A stretch of DNA of 64,000 nucleotides from a virus, in IMG/VR virus record IMGVR_UViG_3300020421_002402, positions 32,001 to 96,000 of that record, one strand, 5' to 3'. Positions 48,360 through 57,193 of this stretch are shown piece after piece (the stretch's first letter is position 1; every line of letters starts with the position of its first letter). The notes under the pieces were generated by a model that saw nothing but the letters and a program-made list of their open reading frames with translations, did not search any database and was not told the DNA's origin. A program made the position numbers and the translations under genes.

Positions 48360-49205
48360 ATGAAATATGTTATTACAGGACATACAAGAGGCATAGGCAA
48401 AAAATGTGCAGACTTATTTACTGCTGATGGACATGAAGTAATTGGTTTCAGTCGTGAAAATGGTTACGATATCAGAGATCCTGAACAAAGAAAACAAATA
48501 TTGGAACAATCGGTAGATGCAGACGTTTTTATAAACAATGCCGCTGGATATTTTTTAGCAAAAAGAAGTGAAGTTCCAGAAAAACAAAGAGAAGATTACA
48601 ATGCTGTTTGGGACGATGAAGGATATTTCCCACAAACTAGAATGTTTATGGAAATATGGAAACAGTTTTATAATCAAAAGAAAACAATAGTAAATGTTAA
48701 TAGTGCTATAAAATATAGTTCAGTAAATGCTTCAGCAAAAATCATAGTCACAGAACCACGTGAGATTCCTTTTCTTGTAACAGATGAAACTGTTTGGTCA
48801 GATATGCCTGCCATTGAAGCAAATCAAATTTATTTTAAAAGCAAAGAGCAACTCTTTGCCGTAGCATCAAATCTTGTAGGATTTGGCAACGCCGGTGGTG
48901 CTAAGAAGATAAGCAAAACTCAATTCGTTATAGATGCAAACGACAAAGAACACGAAATGGCAAACCTTATGTGTAGGTGTATAAATATTAATCCAGGTTG
49001 GGTAGATACTGAAATGTTTCCTCATTTTGCAAATGGCAGGAAACTACAACCAGAAGATATTGCAGAATTGATTAAATGGTCAATCAATATGCCTAAGAAT
49101 ATAGAAGTATTTGATTTAAGTGTGCGTAAAAAATTAAGCAATAAAGAGATAGGTTTAAGTTCAAAGGGTAAAGATTTTACCAGTATTCCGCCAATTAAGG
49201 CTTAG
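48360..49205 (+). CDS. SDR-like protein with insertions
   Basis: ITGHTRGIG, FINNA, YFKSK, INPGWVDT. Confidence 0.75.
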   Translation: MKYVITGHTRGIGKKCADLFTADGHEVIGFSRENGYDIRDPEQRKQILEQSVDADVFINNAAGYFLAKRSEVPEKQREDYNAVWDDEGYFPQTRMFMEIWKQFYNQKKTIVNVNSAIKYSSVNASAKIIVTEPREIPFLVTDETVWSDMPAIEANQIYFKSKEQLFAVASNLVGFGNAGGAKKISKTQFVIDANDKEHEMANLMCRCININPGWVDTEMFPHFANGRKLQPEDIAELIKWSINMPKNIEVFDLSVRKKLSNKEIGLSSKGKDFTSIPPIKA

Positions 49206-49216
49206 GATTTTTAGAT

Positions 49217-49735
49217 ATGTGGAAGAAGTTATTTTGGTACCTAGCAAAACGAAGAGGAACTGAAACATTAACAAATATATACACTGGGCAAGAGTATATG
49301 CACAGAGTATTTTTAGGTAGACAAATTTTTCAACAAGGAATTGCTGGAAAGTATGGTGCTGGTAGAGTTTGTTTTAACTTAATACTTGGTAGTGATTTAC
49401 CTGTAGAACATAATCACCCCTGGGGATATTTTACACTCATACTGTCGGGAGGATACTATGAGGTAAGAGGAGAGGAGAGAAAGTGGAGAGGTCCAGGCTG
49501 GTTTGCTTGGCGTTCACACAATGACTTCCATAGAGTTGAAATACCAGATGGTGGATATGCTATGACACTTTTTATTAAAGGACCTCATGGCAAAATGGGT
49601 TCTTTCTTTTTAGATGAAGGGAAACCTGTAAAAGATTTAAAGTTTTGGTTAAGAAGGAAAATTAGCCGAGACACAATTGGAGCGATGATAAAAATTAAGT
49701 CGCCCGAGGAGATACAACGTGAACATGAAGGATAA
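49217..49735 (+). CDS. cupin-fold protein (paralog of 22948..23373)
   Basis: HNHPW..ILSGGYYE..FHRVE. Confidence 0.7.
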   Translation: MWKKLFWYLAKRRGTETLTNIYTGQEYMHRVFLGRQIFQQGIAGKYGAGRVCFNLILGSDLPVEHNHPWGYFTLILSGGYYEVRGEERKWRGPGWFAWRSHNDFHRVEIPDGGYAMTLFIKGPHGKMGSFFLDEGKPVKDLKFWLRRKISRDTIGAMIKIKSPEEIQREHEG

Positions 49736-50678
49736 AATATTAGACATAACTCCAGGGATGGAAGAAGAAGTTGATAGTTGGTTTTTAGAAAAACTTGAAA
49801 CACAAATCAACAATGGTCTTTATCCAAATGAAGGTGAATTAGCCGCAATAAAACAAAGCATAGTAGATGACCTATCTGCATACTCTAATAAACATCGAAT
49901 AGAAGATGTTGTTGTAGGAATGAGTGGGGGTGTTGATAGTGCCTTAACTGCCGCATTGTTTAAAGAAGCAGGCTGGACAGTACATGGTGTAGTAATGCCT
50001 ATACATCAAAATCAAGAAGAAACTGATAGAGGATTAGAAAACGTAGAAGCACTTGGATTAGAATTACATAATTATGATTTAAGTGAACAGTTTGACAGTA
50101 TGCAACAGTTTATATTCAGTAAAGACGAATTAGAATCAAATACATATCGTGTACAACAAAGACAAGGTAACATTAGAGCAAGACTTAGAATGATTACTTT
50201 GTATAATCTTGCACATAAAGAAATGGGTATGGTAGGTAGTACTGACAACTTTAGTGAACTAGCCGCAGGGTTTTGGACACTACATGGTGATGTAGGTGAT
50301 GTTGCACCTATTCAATCTTTAAACAAAAGTTGGGAAGTTCCTATGTTAGCAAAGATGTTAGGTGTACCACAAGCAACAGTAGAAGCAGTTCCAACTGACG
50401 GTTTAGGCATATCAAAAAGTGATGCAGACCAACTAGGAATGAGTTACTTAGAGTTTGATATTGCTCTTTTTGAACTGTTATCTTTACCAAGATTAGATAA
50501 AAATACTATAGAAATATACATAAATAGTATTACGGATTTAAAAGTCAATAAAAAATTAACACTTGTTGCTAATAGAGTTGCAAGTACGACTTTTAAAAGA
50601 TTTAACCCTTACAACTTAAATCACCCAATATTTGGAAACAGATTTAAGTTGTTAGAAACATTAGACAGGAGTTTATAA
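49725..50678 (+). CDS. nadE: NH3-dependent NAD+ synthetase
   Basis: GMSGGVDS, NIRARLRM, STDNFSE, GFWTLHGD, PTDGL. Confidence 0.92.
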   Translation: MKDKILDITPGMEEEVDSWFLEKLETQINNGLYPNEGELAAIKQSIVDDLSAYSNKHRIEDVVVGMSGGVDSALTAALFKEAGWTVHGVVMPIHQNQEETDRGLENVEALGLELHNYDLSEQFDSMQQFIFSKDELESNTYRVQQRQGNIRARLRMITLYNLAHKEMGMVGSTDNFSELAAGFWTLHGDVGDVAPIQSLNKSWEVPMLAKMLGVPQATVEAVPTDGLGISKSDADQLGMSYLEFDIALFELLSLPRLDKNTIEIYINSITDLKVNKKLTLVANRVASTTFKRFNPYNLNHPIFGNRFKLLETLDRSL

Positions 50679-50679
50679 A

Positions 50680-50925
50680 ATGGGATTTTTCGAATGGATA
50701 ATCAGTTTTTTTAAGTCTGAAGAGCCTAAAGCAGTTGAACCTGTAAAGGCAAAAGCGAAAGCACCAGCGGCTCAACCTGCATCTGAGAAAGTGACTAAGG
50801 CAAGTTTGTCAAAACTTACTAAAGCACAAATCGAAGAGAAGGGAAGAGAGTTTGGCGTTGAAGTTGATAGACGTAAAAAGAAAGACGACATAGTGGCTGA
50901 AGTACTAAAAGCATCAAAGAAATAA
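50680..50925 (+). CDS. small protein with HeH/Rho-N-like C-terminus
   Basis: LSKLTKAQIEE.GRE.GVE.DRR.KK. Confidence 0.65.
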   Translation: MGFFEWIISFFKSEEPKAVEPVKAKAKAPAAQPASEKVTKASLSKLTKAQIEEKGREFGVEVDRRKKKDDIVAEVLKASKK

Positions 50926-50986
50926 TCATTTCGATTCAAAAGTACCACAAAACTTAACACTTGTTTTAACTTCTGATAAATAAGGT

Positions 50987-51158
50987 TGGAAGTTAAAGCA
51001 ATCCGACTTCCACAACAGAGGGTTGGCAACTGTCGGTGAGTTTTGTAGTATAAAATTCACAATACGAAGTTGATAAAAGTTGAGGAACTTTTACCCCTGA
51101 GCATTGTCCGTAAGGAAATGTGAACTGGAGTGCTATTAAATATAGACTACAGGAGTTC
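50987..51158 (+). ncRNA. candidate structured 5' leader RNA
   Basis: Starts 4 nt after GATAAATA; multibranch helices; alternative stem overlaps SD. Confidence 0.55.
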
Positions 51159-51162
51159 TAAG

Positions 51163-51342
51163 ATGAGCAGTTTAACACATACTGCGAAGTCAATAATTCA
51201 TGTTGCTAAAGACAGTTGGACTACTTTTAAAGAAAGGTACTGTCCCAGTGGGCAACTATGCAATGACATAGCCACATTGGGAAGTCTCGCCTTTATGGTG
51301 TGGTTCATGTATGTAGCAATGGAACCAATTCTTCGCTTTTAA
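51163..51342 (+). CDS. 59-aa single-TM protein
   Basis: AGGAG RBS; CPSGQLC then hydrophobic helix. Confidence 0.65.
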   Translation: MSSLTHTAKSIIHVAKDSWTTFKERYCPSGQLCNDIATLGSLAFMVWFMYVAMEPILRF

Positions 51343-51387
51343 CAATTTAAAAATTTAAGAATTTTATATTCTCCCAAACAATTTTAT

Positions 51388-51416
51388 GAAGCACTCTCCG
51401 GAGTGCTTCTTTTTTT
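51388..51416 (+). terminator. intrinsic terminator
   Basis: GAAGCACTC-TCCG-GAGTGCTTC-T7. Confidence 0.88.
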
Positions 51417-51455
51417 ATGGTTGACAACTATACTGTATTTGTGTATAATATACCT

Positions 51456-51647
51456 ATGAAACATCTAATTAAGTGGATGAAAATATCTGCATTTATTAAT
51501 TTTTACCTATGTGTAATTATGACTTTAGTATTGATTGCATTAATGGTAGATATTGGATTAGACAGTTATTGGCATGGTAATGATTTTAAAACAAAACTAC
51601 TTAATGAAGTAGAACAAATTGAATGCACGACAACAGGAAATTGCTAG
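51456..51647 (+). CDS. small membrane protein
   Basis: Leaderless after TTGACA-17-TATAAT 51421-51449; start reassigned. Confidence 0.6.
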   Translation: MKHLIKWMKISAFINFYLCVIMTLVLIALMVDIGLDSYWHGNDFKTKLLNEVEQIECTTTGNC

Positions 51648-51985
51648 TCAATAAAACAATCAATGAGTATGTACGTTCTGTACAAATTCAATTAGCAACA
51701 GTAATTGGTTTACATTGTTTAATTATTGGATACTTTTTTCCAATGTTTTTAGTAACAATTACTTTTGTTCCAGCAACCTTTTATATACTTTGGTGTTACA
51801 TAGCATTAATTTATGAAGTAGAAGGCACTAATAGAGATAACTTAATCGCTTTAATAAATGCTTCGGAACATGAACCTACACGAAAACTTCTATTGCAAGA
51901 GTTATGGTATGCTGACCTACATAGTTTGGGTGGCGTTACAGAAGATACAATAGACATGGCGACCTATGCCAATACACGAATATAG
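51623..51985 (+). CDS. membrane protein
   Basis: Two hydrophobic segments. Confidence 0.6.
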   Translation: MHDNRKLLVNKTINEYVRSVQIQLATVIGLHCLIIGYFFPMFLVTITFVPATFYILWCYIALIYEVEGTNRDNLIALINASEHEPTRKLLLQELWYADLHSLGGVTEDTIDMATYANTRI

Positions 51986-52057
51986 AATATAAACAGTTAT
52001 AAAGATAAATATTAGTGTTATATAGCAGATGGCTTATAACTTAAATCAGGAGAAGAT

Positions 52058-52339
52058 ATGAATAAACTTTATTCACTTCTTGCAATCCTTGGTTTAGTTT
52101 TCTTACCTTCATGTGCCTCAGTTGGAGCAGTTATAGAAGGTGGTAAAGATTTCACAACAGGTGTAATTGATGGATCTGTTAATGCGGTTGGAGGTATTAC
52201 CCAAGCCGCTTTACAAGATGTATCTAGCATTACGGCAACGGCGGCAGAGGCGGCTGGTGGTGTAGTTGAAACTGTTCGTAGTGAAATTGATGAACAAACC
52301 GATGAATTACAAGATACCACTCCGGAAAAAAAGGACTAA
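52058..52339 (+). CDS. lipoprotein (short form)
   Basis: MNK + hydrophobic core + LPS-C lipobox-like; AGGAG RBS; late motif ~52003. Confidence 0.8.
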   Translation: MNKLYSLLAILGLVFLPSCASVGAVIEGGKDFTTGVIDGSVNAVGGITQAALQDVSSITATAAEAAGGVVETVRSEIDEQTDELQDTTPEKKD

Positions 52340-52431
52340 GCCATTCACAACAGAATGGCATAGATGGTGATATAAAACTTTTGATTAAAGAATTAAAAAG
52401 ATATTGTAAAGCCAATCCTAAGGAGTGCTAA
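52327..52431 (+). other. programmed -1 frameshift signal and transframe extension
   Basis: A_AAA_AAG 52327-52333, 6-nt spacer, GCCATTC/GAATGGC stem, open -1 frame to TAA 52429-52431. Confidence 0.75.
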
Positions 52432-52455
52432 TTATTAACATAATTACATAACTAC

Positions 52456-52487
52456 AAAAAAGGGGGTCTAGTAAGGCCCCTTTTTTT
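52456..52487 (+). terminator. intrinsic terminator
   Basis: GGGGTCT-AGTA-AGGCCCC-T7, A-tract upstream. Confidence 0.8.
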
Positions 52488-52548
52488 ATGGACATCTAGA
52501 TAAATACTGCTATAATAGATTGTCTATTATGATTATGTAGGAGTAATT

Positions 52549-53340
52549 ATGGGATGGTTAGCAGACTGTTCTGAGTCCGAACGTGCGGCAGTTTTAGCCA
52601 AGTTGGCGGGCAGAGCATATCTCAGTGAGCAAGAGTTAAAAGACGCTCAAAATCAAATAAAAATGAAACGTAAGAAAGCAGTTCTTGTTAAGTCTGGCGA
52701 TGCTGAAGCATGGGTATTCTTTACAAGAGATGATGGTATTATTATTTCATGCAGAGGCACTGAACCTACTAAGTTTAGTGATATACTAGCAGACCTTAAA
52801 ACATATCCAGTAAGACATCCACGTAATGGTAGAGTACACAGAGGGTTTTATGATTACACTATGTTAGTGTTTCCTGAAATCTTAAAAACAGTACAAGCAA
52901 ACAGAAAGAAAGATGAAAACGTTTTTGTCGTTGGTCACAGTTTAGGTGGAGCAATGGCAGTTTTAGTAGCAGAGGCATTAACACACGAAGGTATTCCAGT
53001 GAAGGAACTTAGAACCTACGGGCAACCAAGAGTTGGAAATAGACAGTTCCGTCAGCACCTAGAAGGTTGCGATATCGGTGCATACGTTCGTTATGTTAAT
53101 AACAATGACATAGTTCCTAAAGTACCACCTAGTTGGTTAATGTTTGTACATGGTGGTAAACTGATGTATATAAACCATTTTGGAAATATAAGGATATTAA
53201 GTTTTTGGCAAAGGTTCAAAGACCAATGGAGAGGTTTTATATCTGCATTTAAAAGTTTCCAATTCTTTGATTTCGTATCGGATCATGGCATGCCTAAGTA
53301 CATAAAGTACACTAGCAAGTTAGAACAAAACGATAAATAG
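52549..53340 (+). CDS. lipase class 3
   Basis: RGTE, VHRGF, GHSLGGA, YGQPRVG, NDIVPKVP, DH. Confidence 0.92.
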   Translation: MGWLADCSESERAAVLAKLAGRAYLSEQELKDAQNQIKMKRKKAVLVKSGDAEAWVFFTRDDGIIISCRGTEPTKFSDILADLKTYPVRHPRNGRVHRGFYDYTMLVFPEILKTVQANRKKDENVFVVGHSLGGAMAVLVAEALTHEGIPVKELRTYGQPRVGNRQFRQHLEGCDIGAYVRYVNNNDIVPKVPPSWLMFVHGGKLMYINHFGNIRILSFWQRFKDQWRGFISAFKSFQFFDFVSDHGMPKYIKYTSKLEQNDK

Positions 53341-53361
53341 TATTTAACATAGGAGAACATT

Positions 53362-53526
53362 ATGTTAGATTATATAAAATCAAGAATTAAAGAAAGAACT
53401 AGTTGGGATGGTGGTGTTATCATTGCTGGCTCACTAGCAATTATATTGTTTGGTGGCATTGTTAAGATTGCGGCATGGGCCGGTTTAGCATATGGCATCT
53501 GGACAATAGTTAAGAAAGAGGATTAA
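53362..53526 (+). CDS. small two-TM (holin-like) protein
   Basis: AGGAG RBS; MLDYIKSRIKERTSWDGGVII..YGIWTIVKKED. Confidence 0.6.
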   Translation: MLDYIKSRIKERTSWDGGVIIAGSLAIILFGGIVKIAAWAGLAYGIWTIVKKED

Positions 53527-53529
53527 TAA

Positions 53530-53964
53530 ATGTCAACTTTTGCACAAGAAAAAATGATGAGGGCTCATCTACTTTTAATACAAGAAGATGGTGACTACGC
53601 AGATTACTTTTCTCAAGGAGAAAGTGGTATGTGGGCATTAACTAATGAAGCAGATAAAGATGCCGCACAGGCATTATTAGATGCCAAAGTTGCAAGTTTA
53701 GGTTCAAACACTATTTTAAAAGGACTAGGTCCTGAAAACAATGGTGGAGAAGGCCCAAGTGACTTTGATGATTATCAAGCAATACATTATGATGATAGTG
53801 TAAGTGGTGCTGATTACAGAACATGGTTTTACAAAGAAGTAGACGGTTCTGCAAAATACTACAAAGCAGATAATGGTAATAGTGATTCAATAGTAGAAAT
53901 AACTGAATCAAGTGAAATATCGACACTAATTACAGATAGTGGATTTGACCCAAGTCAACCATAA
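53530..53964 (+). CDS. acidic hypothetical protein
   Basis: ORF. Confidence 0.65.
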   Translation: MSTFAQEKMMRAHLLLIQEDGDYADYFSQGESGMWALTNEADKDAAQALLDAKVASLGSNTILKGLGPENNGGEGPSDFDDYQAIHYDDSVSGADYRTWFYKEVDGSAKYYKADNGNSDSIVEITESSEISTLITDSGFDPSQP

Positions 53965-53969
53965 ACACA

Positions 53970-54404
53970 ATGAAGTTAGCAGAACTTTTAGAAGCAGTAA
54001 AGCGAACTCGACTTAACGCAAACGCCGGTGGCGGCGGAGGCGGCGGTGGTGCTGGCGGCGGTGGAGCCGGCGGTGGCGGTGCTGGAGCAGGTGGCTCAGG
54101 TGGAGCAGGCGCAGGAAGTTCTGGAGGAGGCAGTGGTGCTACTGGTTCCGCAGGTAACGGTTCAAGCACATCAGGTTCTAGTGGAGACAGCGGCGGTTCT
54201 GCAGACTCTGGTGCTAGTGATAGCAGTAGTGATTCGTCCGCTGATTCCACACCATCACAAAGTGGAACAGGTGTAGGGTTAGGATATTTTGTACCATTCG
54301 GTAGCAGACCTTACAAAAAGAAAAAGAAAAAGAAGAAAAAGAAAACATCAAACACTGGTGCTCCTAAGGCGCCAAAAGGTGATCCATATAAAGACCATCG
54401 ATAG
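53970..54404 (+). CDS. Gly/Ser-rich protein with poly-Lys tract
   Basis: MKLAELLE, GGN repeats, K10. Confidence 0.65.
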   Translation: MKLAELLEAVKRTRLNANAGGGGGGGGAGGGGAGGGGAGAGGSGGAGAGSSGGGSGATGSAGNGSSTSGSSGDSGGSADSGASDSSSDSSADSTPSQSGTGVGLGYFVPFGSRPYKKKKKKKKKKTSNTGAPKAPKGDPYKDHR

Positions 54405-54452
54405 TAAATAATTACATTGACATTTGCTTAAAAAGGCAATATAATTATGACA

Positions 54453-54800
54453 ATGGAAATAGATTACTTAAACGAATTATCCCCAGAAGATTTTTACGAG
54501 ACTGTTATGGACTTAGCAGACCGTGAACACGTTAGGGAAATACAAGAGGACGAACATAAAGTGTACGGTTGTACAAGTAATGTTTGGGTTGTATTAGAAG
54601 ATGATAATTTAATATTTGATAGCAGTAGTGCATTTGTAAAAGGATTGCTTACTGTTATTTGTTCACAGTTAAACACCATAGAAGATATCAGAAATGTGAC
54701 CTTAGAACAGTATCCATTTTTAAATACTAATATAATATCTTATCAACGATTAAAAGGTGTTACAAGTTTCCTAAACCGAGTAAAGCAATTAGCAAATTAA
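54453..54800 (+). CDS. sufE: SufE sulfur acceptor
   Basis: KVYGCTSNVWV, FDS.S.FVKGL, QRLKG; leaderless after promoter 54417-54445. Confidence 0.85.
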   Translation: MEIDYLNELSPEDFYETVMDLADREHVREIQEDEHKVYGCTSNVWVVLEDDNLIFDSSSAFVKGLLTVICSQLNTIEDIRNVTLEQYPFLNTNIISYQRLKGVTSFLNRVKQLAN

Positions 54801-54827
54801 AATAAATATACTATATAAGAGGATAAT

Positions 54828-55448
54828 ATGAATTTTGTACCATATGTAATAGAAAAGACGTCAGCAGGAGAACGTAGTTATGATATCTACAGTAGACTGC
54901 TCAAAGAAAGAATTGTATTCTTAAATGGAGAAGTAACGGACCCAGTATCAAATAGTATCTGTGCCCAATTACTTTTCTTAGAAGCAGAGGATCCAAATGC
55001 TGATATCAGTTTTTACATTAACTCACCAGGAGGTGCAGTCACTAGTGGAATGGCTATGTATGATACCATGCAGTACATACAACCAGACATTTCTACTATC
55101 GTAATGGGACAGGCGGCATCAATGGGAAGTCTACTTGCTCAAGCAGGTACCAAAGGTAAAAGATTCTTATTGCCTAAAAGCAGGACTATGATACATCAAC
55201 CGTTAGGTGGTGCAAATGGTCAGGCTAGTGATGTGATAATTCGAGCCAGAGAGTTGGAAAGAATTAAAACAGAATTGACAGAAATATACGTCAAGCACAA
55301 CAGTAAAGGCAAAACTTTTGAAGAGTTTGAACTTGCTATGGATAGAGATAACTTTATGACTAGCGAAGAAGCACTGGAGTTCGGTCTTGCTGACGAAATC
55401 ATTGAGAAGAGGAGTGACGAAGGTGCAAGTAAAGAAGGTACAACTTAA
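54828..55448 (+). CDS. clpP: Clp protease proteolytic subunit
   Basis: [34 protein letters not shown]. Confidence 0.97.
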   Translation: MNFVPYVIEKTSAGERSYDIYSRLLKERIVFLNGEVTDPVSNSICAQLLFLEAEDPNADISFYINSPGGAVTSGMAMYDTMQYIQPDISTIVMGQAASMGSLLAQAGTKGKRFLLPKSRTMIHQPLGGANGQASDVIIRARELERIKTELTEIYVKHNSKGKTFEEFELAMDRDNFMTSEEALEFGLADEIIEKRSDEGASKEGTT

Positions 55449-55677
55449 AAAGGATTTTAAGGAAGTTCAACAAGATGCGACTGAACTAAACGGCGACGGC
55501 AATAGAGACCGTGGACGTTATGGTGAGGATTTATCCAATTCCAAAAAGAAAGTTGACGAACATGGTTACGATGAAGATGGAGTATTACATGACAATTGTG
55601 GTACTGATGATTGTTGTAACAGTTGCGAAACATCTGATGAGGATTTAGGATTTGACCCAAACGATACTGGGTGCTAA
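55423..55677 (+). CDS. acidic Cys-containing hypothetical protein
   Basis: GTG after AGGAG; [13 protein letters not shown]. Confidence 0.55.
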   Translation: MQVKKVQLKKDFKEVQQDATELNGDGNRDRGRYGEDLSNSKKKVDEHGYDEDGVLHDNCGTDDCCNSCETSDEDLGFDPNDTGC

Positions 55678-56544
55678 ATGTCTGAACTAAACTTTGTAAA
55701 GTATAACATTAACGGTAAAACAGATATAACTGAAGACCTTGTTATACGTCTTAGAAATCTAGGTTTCAATATTATAAGTGAGTCTAAAGATTATAAGTCT
55801 ACTATGTGGGCATGTAATCAATGTATATTGCTTGTAGATAGAAATGATAATATGCCAACTGGTATAAACGGTTTTGGATTTAATTCATCAAACGCACCAG
55901 ATGGTAGTATGCATTGTAATACTACAGGCATGAACAAGTTCACTAATAAAAATGGACATGAAATATTTACATATCCTATAGAAAAATTCAAAGACAATTA
56001 TGATGAACACTTTACAACAGTAGACCCTGCAGGTGTTGATGTGCCTATAGAATATTTTGCAGGTGTTGTTTATAATACAACAAACCCACAATATATAAAC
56101 GAGTTCAATGATTCACTTAACTTTAGAACAGTTAAGAAAACAGATGATTATACAACGTCCGTATGTCCGCAGAATAGATTTTCTGTAATGTGGAATACAA
56201 ATGCTGATGCAAATAAAATTGATACATTAATAATAAAAACAGATGACATTGTAGATGTTGTTTCAAAATATGTAGCAAAAGGATATGAAACTGCAGATAT
56301 AACAGATGACCGTTTAATAGAAATAGAAAAGAAATACAAATCAAATGAACATGAATTACCACCAAGACATTTAGTAAATGGTTGGGAACTTAATATTGGC
56401 GGCAAGCCTAAGAGTTATGTACTAGAAAAATCATTCCCACAACTGCTACCAAATGTAAATGTTATAGTAAGTCAACGTCACAATCACAATGGGTTGAATG
56501 AAGAATCGATTAAATACTACAACGACGATACAGTAACAGTATGA
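55678..56544 (+). CDS. degenerate HPPD/VOC-fold protein (putative)
   Basis: LRNLGF..STMWACNQCILLV and VIVSQRHNHNGLNEESIK resemble HPPD termini. Confidence 0.45.
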   Translation: MSELNFVKYNINGKTDITEDLVIRLRNLGFNIISESKDYKSTMWACNQCILLVDRNDNMPTGINGFGFNSSNAPDGSMHCNTTGMNKFTNKNGHEIFTYPIEKFKDNYDEHFTTVDPAGVDVPIEYFAGVVYNTTNPQYINEFNDSLNFRTVKKTDDYTTSVCPQNRFSVMWNTNADANKIDTLIIKTDDIVDVVSKYVAKGYETADITDDRLIEIEKKYKSNEHELPPRHLVNGWELNIGGKPKSYVLEKSFPQLLPNVNVIVSQRHNHNGLNEESIKYYNDDTVTV

Positions 56545-56861
56545 TAAAGAAAATTAAAGACATATTTCCAGAAGATGAATGTTTAAAAGCATTTGGGAAA
56601 AAAGAACCTACAGTAAAAGAAAGAAGTGTTTTCTTTGGTAATCTCTGGGAAGAATGGAAAGACACCGAAATCAAATTAAAACCTATGGTACCAGATGCAC
56701 CTTATAGGTATCAAGGTGTTCCAAAAATAGAACCAGTAGAAGAAATTAAAAAGTTCTTATATAAGAATGGACAAAGAGAGTTTTGGGATTATCAAGTACA
56801 CGGATTAACATTGAGAATGAAGGATAAGGACCTTGCAATAATAGTTAGGCTAAAAGCATGA
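56541..56861 (+). CDS. hypothetical protein
   Basis: ORF, ATGA coupling. Confidence 0.65.
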   Translation: MIKKIKDIFPEDECLKAFGKKEPTVKERSVFFGNLWEEWKDTEIKLKPMVPDAPYRYQGVPKIEPVEEIKKFLYKNGQREFWDYQVHGLTLRMKDKDLAIIVRLKA

Positions 56862-57193
56862 GTAATCCGTTTATAGACTTTGATAGTATGACAGCAGAGC
56901 AACTGTTAGAAAAGAATAAAGAATACACAATGCAAATGCAAAAGATAAATGGTAATAGTCCTTTGTATCAACAAGTATTAGATTTACAAACACAATGTCA
57001 AATGGCATACAATGAAAAAATGTTTATGTCATTGCAAAAAGAAAAACTTAAAGAACCAGAAAAAATAATCGAGATTGGTGAAATAAAATCAGATGAGTAT
57101 TCACCTGACTATGATGATGTTGGTGATAAGTTAGCAAAAACAGTTGCGAACCTTTACAGGAGAAAAGATGGAAATGATGGGACCGGTAGTTAA
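56858..57193 (+). CDS. hypothetical protein
   Basis: ORF, ATGA coupling. Confidence 0.65.
   Translation: MSNPFIDFDSMTAEQLLEKNKEYTMQMQKINGNSPLYQQVLDLQTQCQMAYNEKMFMSLQKEKLKEPEKIIEIGEIKSDEYSPDYDDVGDKLAKTVANLYRRKDGNDGTGS

Noticed and set aside
51100-51135. SRP helix 8 or TPP riboswitch
   Set aside because: UCC-GUAA-GGA and CUGAG are present but the SRP CAGG/AGCA loops and the TPP core are missing
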